Below, piece after piece: positions 52,059 to 63,199 of a stretch of DNA of 64,000 nt (position 1 is the first letter of the stretch; each line of letters opens with the position of its first letter). Source of the stretch: Camelus ferus (Eukaryota); the NCBI RefSeq assembly GCF_009834535.1, contig NC_045707.1:64172001-64236000 (forward strand), in the 5' to 3' direction. Made by a program: the position numbers and the translations under genes. Under the pieces are notes generated by a model that saw only the letters and a list, made by a program, of their open reading frames with translations, did not search any database and was not told where the DNA came from.

Positions 52059-55000
52059 TTTGAGGGGCAGGTAATTAGGTTTGTTTATTCCTTTATTAAT
52101 GGAGGTACTGGGGATTGAACCCAGGGCCTTGTGCGTGCTAAGCATGCGCTCTACCACTGAGTTATAGCCTCCCCGACTTTACCTTTTTAAAGTAATGCTT
52201 CCTTGGAAAAAGAATCTTACCCCAAACTCTAGCTGGGTGGCCTGAGGCTCCACCATACGTAGATAATTTGTAGATACGAAGTGGTTTTCTTTTTGATTTT
52301 CAGGGAATTCCCACCCAAATTCTCTGGTAACATGCTAGTGAAACATGCCCCTCTTGGATTCTTAGAGATGACTATTTTTCTAGAGATTGTTGTGTCATTT
52401 ACTGCACATCCTTGTTTATCTAACCATTGTAATGCTTTCGACACATCCTGACCAGCTTGTACCTCAGCCACTCCCACATCTGATCTGATGACTAGATATT
52501 CTGCTAAGTTTGGCCTTTCCACCTCCTGCCCTGTCTCCTGCGTGTCTCTGTGCCTCCCTAAGGAATATCGTATTCCAAAAGTGGACTGATCTGTGAATGT
52601 ATCTGGTGGGGCTTACCTTCTTTTTGATCTGGAGTGGCTGTGTCAATTAATATTATTCGAGATTATTAAATCAGAAAGAGTCAGCCATTAATCATCTACT
52701 GTGGAAACCAGAAAGGAGGTTGTTTGAAGATCGCCCTCTTTGCTAGCTGGATTGACCTTGGGACCAACTGAAATCTCCAGCTCTTTGTCATATAAATATC
52801 TACTGAGTCATATATTTGTGCAATTAACTCTTCGAGCCAAAGCCCAAGATTTCATAACCGCCTCAGTTGAACTTGTTGGCTTAAGCCCATTGTTTGAACT
52901 GTCTTTGGCACTTGGGCTCTGTTCTCCAATGTAGTAACCATCACTCCCAGCTCTATATCAACTACAGATATAGGATACTTTCCTATGGAAGGATACTTTC
53001 CATATCTTTATCTAAATTATTGATACCAGTATTGAACAGATCACGTTCACGTGAGAGCATAATGGAAACAGCAACAACCACGAAACAAAAACAGTAAACA
53101 CATGTTGAATACTTTCTATAAGCCAGACATTGGGCTAAACACTTCATATCTTCACGTGGGTCTTCTATTTTTATCTTTACAACAAATCTATGAATTAGAG
53201 ACGATTATTAGCAACTATTATCTGTATTTTACAGATGAAGGAACTGTGGCACAGAGAGGTTTAAGTAACATGGGTAACGCGGTCACCCAGCCAGTAAGTG
53301 AAAATTCTTTCAATATCCTGGCATCACAAAGCATTCGAGCCTAGAAAACCAGCTAGTCTTTGTTCTATTTCCTTCAGCATTTTTTTTAACTTTTCTGCAT
53401 GAAAATTTTTCCTCCTAATTAGAGCAAATAAGACAAGGAGAGATGAGTACTTTCTTTCATCTGATAATGTTATGTGCCATTAGCCTGAGTCATTGGGCTT
53501 ACCGCTTCCTTGTTTTCCTTCGCCCAAACTTGACCACAACTTTCCTTAGTGTCTCCCCATGTTTTGGTTTATTCTGAGTCTTAACCTTCTTGACATCATT
53601 CTAAGACTTTCACTCTTCATTTGTACCCCTTTCCTGTTTTACAGATGTCCATGTAAAATTCAATCCCTTGGAAGGCCCACTAAACATTTTCTTTGGCCTT
53701 TGAGATGCCTCTCACCTGTTCCCCCATCTCCTCCAAAAGTGAGCAAAGATCATGAGATAGAAATTTCATTTTTAAGACCGCTCATCTTTTTTAAGCAGAA
53801 GTTCTTTAAAGAGACATTGACTCTTCCATGAACTCTCTGGAAGCTTCTTTCCTAAGATCTAGGAAGCGTAAATCTGATTCTGCCCCTCTCTTTGGCTATT
53901 AAAAACTAGAAGGTGAGTTTTTTATCTTCTTTCCAAGTTCCTCAGACTTTTGCATCTGGAACCCTGTTTTTCCTTCATTAATATTAAGGCCAACATGGAA
54001 GATTCCTTCATTTTTGCTTCCACATTCAGAGAGGTAAGTGAAGTGAGTTACACGGTATTTTAGTATAAGAAACATCTTAATAGTGGTTTCAGAAGAATGT
54101 GATTCAGTGTTTTGACATTGTTTTTATCCTCTCTAGTGACTTTCATATCTACTTTTCATCAAACAGTATAAATGCTGTGGTTTGGTCAATGGAGCTTCTG
54201 ATTGGGGAAATAATTTTCAGTACTATTACAAGTCATGTGAATGTCCAGATGCATCAGACTCTTCTTGTACAAGTTATAGTGGAAAAACTATTTACAAACA
54301 GGTGAGAACAAATCAACTTTGGCACAGTAAGTGGTTCTCTTAATTTTCTCACAACGAAAGTCTCTACAAAAAATTAAATTGCAGCATTTTCAAAGGGAAT
54401 CATGATGTCAAAGTTCCAGGGATTTCCTAAATAAGAAAGAAATCCATATTTAAAGATAAAAGCAGATATAAAAACTAAAAGTATTTTATTTCTTCTAGGA
54501 GTCTGGCATCATTTAAACTCAACTTTAATAGATCACAGAAACATTCTACTGCAAAGTACAAACTAAGAGTTTTATAGAAGTTAATTTTGTCCTCTCTTTG
54601 GTGACTTTAACCATGATTTTTCTCTATTTTTTTCTATTTTGACATAAGTTTTAGAAATCTATATTTTCACCTTAATTTTCAAAGGAAAGCTTTCTTTTTC
54701 TAATCGCAGTTTCCTTTTCTCAAATAATTGTATTTGGTATAAAGGAGTGGCTTGGTCTTTAGAAGTTTCAGCTCTGGAAGTTAAGTGTACCTGTCAGTTT
54801 GCCTAATGATTGCTCCAACTTAGAAGCTGTCTCATATATTTGAGGTCCATTGGAAAAGCTGAGTTTATCTTTTACGTGTTGTAGATGACATGTTTATGTC
54901 AGTTGCAGCTGTCAACATGCGGGTGTCGTATTTGCTATGATTGCTTAACCCATCAAATATTCATTGACCACTTCCTCTGTGCTGGCCTTTTATCAGCTGC

Positions 55001-58000
55001 TGGAGAGCCACTCCTGAATAGGGCATGATGTCTGCGCTTGTGGCGTGAATGCCGTAGTAAGGAAGAGAGAAAGATAATTAGGCAACTTCAGTCCAATGAA
55101 CTATCGCTATTTCTTGGGTAAGGGAAGGAACACTATGTGATAGGACCCCCATCTAACTCAGTCTTTGGGTTTCAAGATACAGCTTCCTAAAGGACATATC
55201 TGTCTCTTACCACAGGGCTTTACATAATTTGCTCCTTTGGCCTGGAAGGAATGTGTACAAAACCGACAATGGATATTAATATTTATTTGCTATTATTCTT
55301 CAGTGCCTACTACGTGTCAGACAGACACTTCCTGGAATCACACATGCTTCTGGACTCTCTAGGAGATGATAGTCTAGTTGAGAGAGAGACATGAAAGCTT
55401 TTACAGTTCAAGGAATTAATTTCTGTTACATCAGAAAGATTTTTTTCGATCTAGCATTGGCTTAGTAACAGCTACTGAAGTTAAATATGTATTAGGAAAT
55501 AGAAAGTATCTCGAGGGAAACTTCTTACCTGTGACCACATCTCTTTTACTAATTTTATCAAAATTAAGAAGACTCTGTTCTGAAGGGAAATTGCTGATAC
55601 TAGTATATAAAGTAACATACTGGGGAGAAGTTATCTACCAGGTTATAGGACTACCTGTGTCTTTTACGCATCAAAATAATATCACTAAATTTTATTCTTA
55701 CTTTTTATGTTCCTCCTTCCTACATAATTTTAGTGACACAGTATCCACAAAGAAGAGGGGAAATACATATGGTGTAAACAAGGTTTTCCGTTTATGATAA
55801 CGAGGAAATTAGTAAATTCAATTGCACTTACTGTGTCTGCTGTCCAAGATTCAACCCCAAGATTTTTTTCTCAGGATAGATTTTAAAAAGCTCTAGCATT
55901 ATCCTGAAAAATAATAGATATTCGCTCCAAATTCACACATAATTCAGCCGAAGATAGGCTGATAGCTGCACCAGTTTCTCAAAAGGAAGATCATAAATTC
56001 ATAAAATGCTTCCATCTGTCCAGTGTCGTTTGCAAGAAGTCCGGAAAAATAAGAAATCTGGAATGGCCATAATTCACATTTGTTTCCCCCCTTGCCTTTT
56101 GCCAAGGTAACCTGGTTATCTAAAGAGGAAGGGGGCAGAAAACCCCTCAAATATAATGAACGTGACTCACAGATCTCATTCATCTCATCATTAATCTTAA
56201 ATGATGTAATAATTTCCTCTAATGTTTACCACTTTGGATCAGATGAGAATGGAGAAACCCATTACATTCAGGAATGAAGGGGGAAAGACTGTCTTACTCA
56301 ACCTCGTGGAGAACTTTGATTTAACAAATAGCAATATTTTCTTAGCCCTTTGCACATATAAGACTATCATAGGATGACATATTTTCTGGCAATATAGATG
56401 ATACCACTATATTATTTTTCCATCTTCAAAATTATCCATGTAATTAACAATTGTTGAAATTTTTAGGTCTGGTCTAAACTATTTTAAGCTTGGAATTCCA
56501 TGCTGGTTTGAATAAATGTTTAAAAATGTGGCAGAGAGACAACTTTCTAAATTCTCTGTTTTGTCTAAAGTTAAGGGCACAATGGTGGATGTAACGATTT
56601 TTTTCCTTTTTAAGGTAAAACAACCCTGGCACATATTATTAAGGGATTTTTGGGAAAAAAAAACCTAAAACCTTGTTTTAAAAATGAAAATCTGCACAAT
56701 AATTAGCTGAAACCTCAACGAGGGAACTCTCTGCTGCAGATCACAAACCTAAAAAATAACACAGTCAAGGTGAAAACAGCTTATAAAATGAACAACCAGA
56801 AGTTAGGATAAAATGACTATTTCTAGCTAAATAATCCCTAGATTCAGCAATTAGGTATTTGAAGCAAAACTTTGTTCCTCCAATGTTTCCTGATGTATGA
56901 ACGAACCACAACAGTTACCTTTCAGAAAGGGGAGGAGCTTGGAGTGGCAAGAATAATTCAGTTCCTTTTTGTCAAGTATGTTCCTTGATAGCAAAGTAAA
57001 AAGTCAACCCAAGGAATAAAAATCTTAACTAAAGTAAGGTCAAAATTTGATTAAAGGTAACTTTTTATGCTTTTTTTTTTTTTTTAACAGACATGCCTTC
57101 CTTTGGTAAGAGGCCTTGTTTCTAGACATTTTTCCTTAGTTACTGGACTAGCGTTTGGACTGGCAGCTGTTGAGGTACAGTACAATCTTGCATTATTAAC
57201 TCTTCATTTCTTCCTTGTTTGTTCATTAATTTTTCTAACAATTACTTATGATGAGCCAAATGAAAACTGGGTACTTCAGAAAAGCACTGGGTTCCCAGTG
57301 CCCGCGTCCCAAAATCGGCTTCTGTGGGACTTGGGTCTGGGGTGGGGACTAGAGTCTCAAGAATTCAGCAGGGCTGAAGCTATTACTTCTGAATGATCTC
57401 CCTCTTAAGAGAAAAATATTGAATTAATATCTACATAGTTCTTAGTCCCACTTGGAAACTAGCACAAGGGTTAATGTTTCCTGAAGTTAGAAGGAAAAGC
57501 ACTAAACCAAACAAAAACACAAGCATTACCAACATGACAATTTCTTATCTCTCTTCCTAGTTTTGAAACAGAAAATAAAAACTGAGCTCAAGGGTGTGAG
57601 GAGCTCTCTTTCTTGCTACTTCATTCTAGAGAAATCTAGCAAGTTCCAGAAACTAGACAATTGATTTTCTCACTGTAAGGACTGTGGACTCACTTGGAGA
57701 CGTTTTAAAGCTCTGCTTGAGGTTTCCTTAGTTATTCTCATCAATTTGATTATTGATGTTGCAAAAAAAAAAAAAAAATCCTGTATGGGATTTTTATCTT
57801 GAGAGACTCTCCTGGCACGATTTTTTTTTTCAGAACCTGAAGGATATTTTTTTACGTGGCCTGGAATTCTTTGCAAAAATAAAGAATAAATAATAAAACT
57901 GTTTCCAAAAACAAAACAAAATGAAACAAAATCTGTTTCAAAGAAGTGTTTTTGGAATCATCCCAGATCTTGGTTAATTTAGATATCATGTGAGTCAAAT

Positions 58001-59108
58001 TCACATGTAACCCTAATTGGGGCATTGGCAAGAATCCTAAAGACATGAGGTGGCTCCGTAGATAATGCCTCTGAGGGCTGGTTTGCTCAGTTGAGTGACT
58101 TCTGATTCTCTCTCAGGAAGTATTGACAATGTTCTCCTTGGGTTTTCCGGTAGCTTTTACCTCTTACTTGTGCCACATCACTGTCAGAGAGGAATTTGAC
58201 CTAAAATTAAAGCAATTTAGTATTCTACGTGGTCATTTAGGTTTCTAGTGGAATTTCCCAGCCAATCATAAGTGAAAGCGTAGGGACTATGAACAGCAAA
58301 TTGGGCTGTTAAGCATGACTTCCTTGTAGTCTAAATGAATAGGTCCAAATATGAAGCATTCTCTAGTTGGTACATAGGGCTGTCTTTTTTATGTCTGATA
58401 TCTGATCTAAGTTAAACGGTGCTGTGCTACAGGTCCATTTCTCTCCATTCTGCCTGTTGTAAAATGTCCTTTGTTTCTCTGCTTTGCATTTGGGGTTTAT
58501 GCTAATTTAGAAATATGAGTTAATGGTGGTGGAGGTGAGTGAGCAATCACCATATATACTCATATATCTATAAACATAAAACACACATATGTTGGTAGAG
58601 TAGATTGTAAATGGGCAAGCTTTCAATGAGGCATTCAATGTAAGTGTCCATATAAGTGTTGGATTCCATCTTAGACTGAAATTCAGACAACTGACTTTGG
58701 CTACAACCCACAGATGCTTTTAAGAAGCTTTTCAAAAGCAAAGCCAGAGAAAATAAGGACCTAATCAACTGGGAAGACTGATGTCTCTCATATCGTAGCC
58801 AAAGGCATTGCCAGGAATGTAAAGACACCTAATGGAAAATAAGATTACAAGAGGAATAGTATTTCAGTATTTTATGAAATTGGCATAACCTATCTGTTTG
58901 TTACATATCAGATATTCTCTTGGTTGTTCTAAAGATATACATAGGGAAATATCTAACTAAAAACCTTTCATAGAGCAGTTTATAGGTATAGAATGAACAT
59001 GGCAATATCACAAAAAATATAACCAGTTTTGAGTTATGCCAGTTAAATTAAGTGTGATTTCTAGACTATATGTAGATATGGTAAATAGTTGATTCAAAGA
59101 ACTGTTTG

Positions 59109-59143
<35 letters not shown>

Positions 59144-61293
59144 CACTCCTTCAATCTAGAACTTGCCTTCCTGGATTTGAAGAAAAAAAAATATTTTACT
59201 TCCCTTTTTTATTCAAAAAAGAGCTTTGAAAATAGTCTTGATAGTCAGTTTATAAAAATGTTTCCCAAAAGATGTACATTAGTTTGTCTTACCGTCTTAA
59301 TAACACTAGTTGCCTCACGCAAAGGCCCATCTACTGTTTCCCAAGTTCAAATTCAAGAAAACACAAAGATATGTGAACAGAAAAATCCTAATACATACTT
59401 TTAAGAAGGAAACAGAAGTAAATATCTCCCTGCAGAAAACACATTCAAACTAGTTCCATAGAAAAAAATCATATGAAGAAACCTACCATTTGACATTTAC
59501 ATCTTTGGTGTTAGTCTGTTTAGGCAAAGGCTCTGATGGACAGGGCCCATAGTTAATTTCATGGCTCTTTTAAAGACATATACCTGAGGGATTCTGCTGA
59601 GATAGGATGCTAGAAATCTACATGCAAAATGCTTTGTTTTGTAAGAAACTTTTATCTCTAGACATTGAAATTCTCAATATTTTAAGTTAAATAACCAGAT
59701 TATCATCTCCCTCCTTATCTGACTATAGCAACTACCTTACAAGCACAAAAAGTGATCAGCACTTTCTCTCCTCACTTTAATTAAGGAAAAAAAAACCCAT
59801 TGACATTGATAGCCACCACTTTGTAGGATAATAAATTGTCCTGGCAGCAGGTCCTAGGAATGGAACAATTAAAAGAGAGAAAAAAATGATAATTTTACAC
59901 TTTTTTAGGTGGCTTCAGAATATGAGAACTTGTGCACATTACTCAGCAAGCTTATCCTGAGTCTTTGCATATATTACTATGTGATGAATCTTGTTTAATT
60001 ATTCCCAATTTGTCTGAAGAGTGGTATATTTTCTTTTCAGAGGCAGTGAAATACGAGAAAGTGTGCTATTCACTGTCTAGTCTGCTGGTGAAGGGTGGGG
60101 CTTCTGTTTCAAGTCTGGGACAGGGAAGGACCAGAGCTGCCTCACCTACCGTTTTGATCATTTTCTTCCTTCTTTCCTGATACTCGTCTCCCAGACTTGA
60201 GGCTTGGGACCAAGGCAAAAGACTAAATTTTAAGGATTTTTTCTAAGTCATGCTCAGAGAATGACGTTTAGAACGTTCTGAATAAAAATCATTATTTTTG
60301 CAGAAAATTGGTCTTTTTTTTTTGAAGGAAAAACATTGGGCAGCAGTTCTCATTTGAGATGCATTCCCAGGAAAGGATTCTGAAGTTGGATGTCTCTGTC
60401 CAGTAGGAGCACTTGAGGTGACTCAGCATAAATGGCACCTCACCTCTCTCCCCGGCACCCCCTCAGAGGGGTGGAGAGGCAAGCTTTCAATCTGGAATAC
60501 ACGCAGGTCCTTTCTGTCATTTCTACATCAAAGCCACAGCATGCCACTCACCAACTTCAGAACCAGTTAGGGCAGGTTTGGGGGTCACTTGTTCTTGGGA
60601 GAGCCACTTAATGAGATGGAAATCATGCCTCAGATTTTCAGCTGTATATTTTCACTTCTAAGGAAGTTCCTGAATTAAGCCATCCCCCTTGGATTTAGAA
60701 GCTTTTTTAGAAAAATAAAGTTACCTTGTTTTTCATTCCTCTTGGCTATGCCTAAAAATATGGCAAGAGAAATTCTACACTCCTTGATTTTTATGCAGAT
60801 GATCTAAACCAGATGATCATAAGCCTTTAAAGACACAGTAGGTACCTTTGGCCCCAGAGACCCGAGTTCCCCAGAGTTCCAGGGCCATGCCCTACAGAAG
60901 GACGTGTGTGTTCATGGAAGGTGAGATGCTTTGGTGACAGCCGCTGTTGCACAACCAAAGAGGGCTGGTTAGAAGCGGATTGACTAGAAAACCCTGATTA
61001 ATTCACAAAAATACTCAGAGAACTTGCTCAAAGTTCTTTTGTCCCATCAAAGTCTCTAATTTCCCAGTAGCAGAGGTAACTTAGATAAATAACATTAGAA
61101 CTGTCAGTCGCCAGAATGTTTCACATGCAACATTTTCTATTTATGATGTCTCCAGAGCTTTCCTTAGATTCCACATTAACCTTCTTATTTTATTTTCTAG
61201 ATACTTGCTGTGATATTTTCTATTGTCCTATATGGCAACACAAGGAACAACATCTGTGGATGTATCAAGCCATCATCGTTCAAACCCCTTTAA
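35474..61293 (+). CDS. TSPAN8: Tetraspanin-8 (CO-029), spliced CDS: join(35474..35533,43319..43381,47824..47961,49543..49617,49717..49824,54167..54301,57091..57174,61201..61293), 251 aa
   Basis: The manually spliced ORF is open end to end: [251 protein letters not shown]. It has four hydrophobic segments, GFLGCCGA, and a CCG plus 6 Cys in the large loop. All introns are GT-AG and phase 0. It matches TSPAN8 as I recall it. Confidence 0.95.
36860..38070 (-). mobile_element. Old L1 3' UTR (L1MC/ME-like)
   Basis: tttttattatggagaacttcaaacat...tggccaatgggagcatcttcaggttggttcctgagtccttttgaca...tgttccaggctca. Confidence 0.6.
39255..39560 (+). mobile_element. L1 ORF2 C-terminal fragment
   Basis: aaaatggccattatcaaaaagtctacaaataacatgctggagagggt...gatccagcaatcccactcctgggcata. 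Confidence 0.88.
40205..40676 (+). mobile_element. L1 3' UTR to A-rich end
   Basis: gcaacctaaatgtccatcgaca...gaacttatttacaaaacagaaatagactcacagac...aatcaattatacttcaat. Confidence 0.88.
40699..41093 (-). mobile_element. MLT1A-like MaLR solo LTR
   Basis: gggctgccat...atttattttctcacagt...caagatcaaagtgccagc...gggcttcaacagatgaattt...ggtccatcgca. Confidence 0.8.
43319..43381 (+). CDS. TSPAN8: TSPAN8 coding exon 2 ([21 protein letters not shown])
   Basis: Polypyrimidine tract ending ttcttcag; 63 nt; donor GAG|gtaaat. Confidence 0.93.
44632..44755. repeat. (TC)n and pyrimidine-rich tract
   Basis: Direct reading. Confidence 0.85.
47640..47772 (+). mobile_element. L2 3' end just upstream of coding exon 3
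   Basis: gaatgtaagctccttgaaagcagg...gcctggcacatagtaggtactcaat...tttgttgaat. Confidence 0.75.
47824..47961 (+). CDS. TSPAN8: TSPAN8 coding exon 3 (TM2, [12 protein letters not shown])
   Basis: Acceptor ttttcag; 138 nt; donor TTG|gtgagt; contains the tetraspanin signature. Confidence 0.96.
48671..48770 (-). mobile_element. Short camelid SINE (Vic-1-like) with TSD
   Basis: ggtactggggattgaacc...tgcatgctaag; flanked by agagacagaagttt and agagacagagttt. Confidence 0.8.
48800..48980. mobile_element. MER5-like DNA transposon
   Basis: ggagcttcttttaaaa...gattcagtagatctgggg...aacaagaccccgggtgattctgat. Confidence 0.6.
48995..49160 (-). mobile_element. L1 3' end fragment
   Basis: actgaagtatagttgatttacaacgtttcaggtgtacagcaaagtgatt...gaatatagttccctgtgctac. 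Confidence 0.85.
49543..49617 (+). CDS. TSPAN8: TSPAN8 coding exon 4 (TM3, [25 protein letters not shown])
   Basis: Poly-T tract plus cccag; 75 nt; donor AAG|gtgtgt. Confidence 0.95.
49717..49824 (+). CDS. TSPAN8: TSPAN8 coding exon 5 (large extracellular loop helices)
   Basis: Follows a 99-nt intron; acceptor tttcag; 108 nt; donor AAG|gtaatt. Confidence 0.92.
50733..50964 (-). mobile_element. Camelid SINE (Vic-1-like) with internal (TG)/(TA) microsatellite
   Basis: tRNA-like head at 50885-50964; TSD-like caaccacacctt / caaccacatctt. Confidence 0.85.
52003..52174 (-). mobile_element. Camelid SINE (Vic-1-like) with (TTTA)n tail
   Basis: ggaggtactggggattgaacccagggccttgtgcgtgctaagcatgcgctctaccactgag; acctttttaaa occurs on both sides. 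Confidence 0.88.
53090..53340 (-). mobile_element. MIR SINE
   Basis: tattttacagatgaaggaactgtggcacagagaggtttaagtaac. Confidence 0.7.
54167..54301 (+). CDS. TSPAN8: TSPAN8 coding exon 6 ([17 protein letters not shown]...IYKQ)
   Basis: Acceptor aaacag; 135 nt; CCG motif and DWG; donor CAG|gtgaga. Confidence 0.96.
57091..57174 (+). CDS. TSPAN8: TSPAN8 coding exon 7 (TCLPLVRG...FGLAAVE)
   Basis: Poly-T plus aacag acceptor; 84 nt; last loop Cys and start of TM4; donor GAG|gtacag. Confidence 0.94.
61201..61293 (+). CDS. TSPAN8: TSPAN8 last coding exon ([30 protein letters not shown])
   Basis: Acceptor ttttctag; end of TM4; first in-frame stop is TAA at 61291-61293. Confidence 0.9.
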   Translation: MLAVIFSIVLYGNTRNNICGCIKPSSFKPL

Positions 61294-61490
61294 AACCTTA
61301 CTTTGGCTTTGTAACTTTAGATATCTGAGCGCTGCATGTGTTAGGAGCAGCTGTCCTCTGAAAAAGTCTCATTTAGCAAGATCACAGATATCCTCCCAGA
61401 CAGACTGAACGTATTGAAGATTTGGGGGACACAAAATTATATGCATGTGCCTTTTTTTCTGCAAAATAACATTGTTTACATTGGTGCTTT
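61294..61490 (+). other. TSPAN8: TSPAN8 3' UTR (approximate), with variant poly(A) hexamer AATAAC at 61465-61470
   Basis: Collinear with the recalled human 3' UTR (ctttggctttgtaa, ggagcagctgtc, cacagatatc); GU/U-rich sequence follows. Confidence 0.55.
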
Positions 61491-62205
61491 TCCATGTCTG
61501 ATCATTGTGTTCAGGTGGTGCTGTGCTTAAAACGTTCATCTGGAGCCACCTGGTGGAATGATGATCTTCATCTCTAACGTGGCCGTGGTTAGCTAAGGTG
61601 GCACACCTCAGCTTTGCAGAAGCCGTATTCTCTGTTGTGTGATGCCTCAGCCATTGGTGATGAGGTTGAATTACGCCTCATGTTGGAAGATTGAGAGTGA
61701 CCCAACTAAAAGAGTCGCCACCTCGTGTCTGTTTATGCCAATGTCTACTAATGGCATCTCATTTTTCTCCTTAATGTGGGGACAAGAAGATCTGATTACT
61801 GTCTGTCCAGCCATTGAATCTCTGGTATCTCTCTGGGTCTTCCTCTGGAAACTCTTCTAAGTGCCTCTATCTGTCTAGTTCTCACAGACATTTTGACATT
61901 TCACTCTTTATTGAGGTATAATATACACATAATAGAGTGAACAAATCGTAAGTATTCACCTGCGTGAACACTGTGTGAACCAGATCAAGATACAGAACAT
62001 TTCCGGCACATCGGAACACCCCTTCATGTTACCTGTCAGCGGCTAGAGCTGCCTCTCCCCGACTTGCCAGAGCAGACTGCATACAGGTAGAACCCCACCC
62101 AACTTTGTGCTCAGTGACGTTACGTTGGTAACTTGAAATCCACCGTGGTGGGAGTGTTTAAGTATTTACATCATAGAAACTGGCAAATGCTGTAAAATCA
62201 AGGCT

Positions 62206-62467
62206 CTTCCTTCCTTCCTTCCTTCCTTCCTTCCTTCCTTCCTTCTTCCTTCCTTCTCCCTCCTTCCCTCCCTTCTTTTCCTTCCTCCCTCCTTTCTTTC
62301 TTTCTTTCTCTTTCTTTCCTTCCTCCCTCCCTTCTTCCTTCCTTCCTTCCTCTCTCCCTCCCTCCTTCTTTCTTTCTTTTCTTTTCTTTTCTCTTTTCTT
62401 TTCTTTTCTTTTTTCTTCCTTCCTTCCTTCCTTCCTTCCTTCCTTCCTTCCTTCCTTCCTTCCTTCC
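62206..62467. repeat. Polypyrimidine (TTCC/TTTC)n tract of ~260 bp
   Basis: Direct reading; it explains the EGRK-repeat ORFs on the minus strand. Confidence 0.95.
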
Positions 62468-62680
62468 ACTGGTGGTTAAACATTTACCAGTATACCAGTA
62501 ACCTTTTCAGCAATACCTCCCCAAAGAAAGGTAACCATTTTTCTGATTTCTATGACCATAAATTAATTTTGCTCCTTCCTGAACTTTCTATAAATAGAAA
62601 GTAAAGTATGTACTCTAGCTTCTTTTACTAGCGTTTTCTGTGAGAGTCATCTGTATTGCTGCATGTCACCTTATTGTTAT

Positions 62681-62820
62681 TGCTTAGCGTGCAGAAGGCC
62701 CTGGGTTCAATCCCCAGTACCTCTTCTAAAATTAAATAAACCTTATTACCTACCCCCACCCACTAAAATCAAATAATTAAATAATACAATAATAAATAAA
62801 ATGCATTTTTAAAAAAGAAA
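62681..62820 (+). mobile_element. 5'-truncated camelid SINE (Vic-1-like)
   Basis: tgcttagcgtgcagaaggccctgggttcaatccccagtacctc followed by an A-rich tail. Confidence 0.8.
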
Positions 62821-63199
62821 CAGGAAAAACATCTTTTGGCACATGTACGTACTCATTTCTGGGTAGACATTCACCAGTAGAATTGCTTTGTCTACATAAA
62901 CTGACATTAGATTTCATAGAGTCTGTTGGGAAATTTTATGAGTGGTTATACTAATCTATACTCATGGTAGAAAAGTATGATAGATTCAATTTCCTCTTCT
63001 GAGGAGGAGTACGAGGAGGCAGATCGAGTGGATCAGAGTAACCAGCAAGGAGTAGGCACTTGGGGGCCCCTGGGCTAGGTCGGGCGACCGACCCAGATCT
63101 GTGCTCCCCCATTGATGATGTGGATAACTGTCCTTCTCTGAGCACGTGTCATCTCCTTGGAACTATTACCAGAAACTACCTCATCATTTCTCTTTTTTC

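Noticed and set aside
35474..61293. Possibility that this is a TSPAN8 pseudogene or a separate paralogue
   Set aside because: All coding exons are in frame with canonical splice sites and all six loop cysteines are intact. No second copy of any exon was seen in the window. Paralogy cannot be fully excluded without synteny.
62158..62483. EGRK/KE-rich ORFs
   Set aside because: Artefact of the (TTCC)n microsatellite.
62980..63150. Small CpG-containing patch with an acidic reading frame (SSEEEYEEADRVDQ) and a GGTCG/CGACC inverted repeat
   Set aside because: Short, closed by a stop codon, with no convincing splice sites and no recognisable homology.
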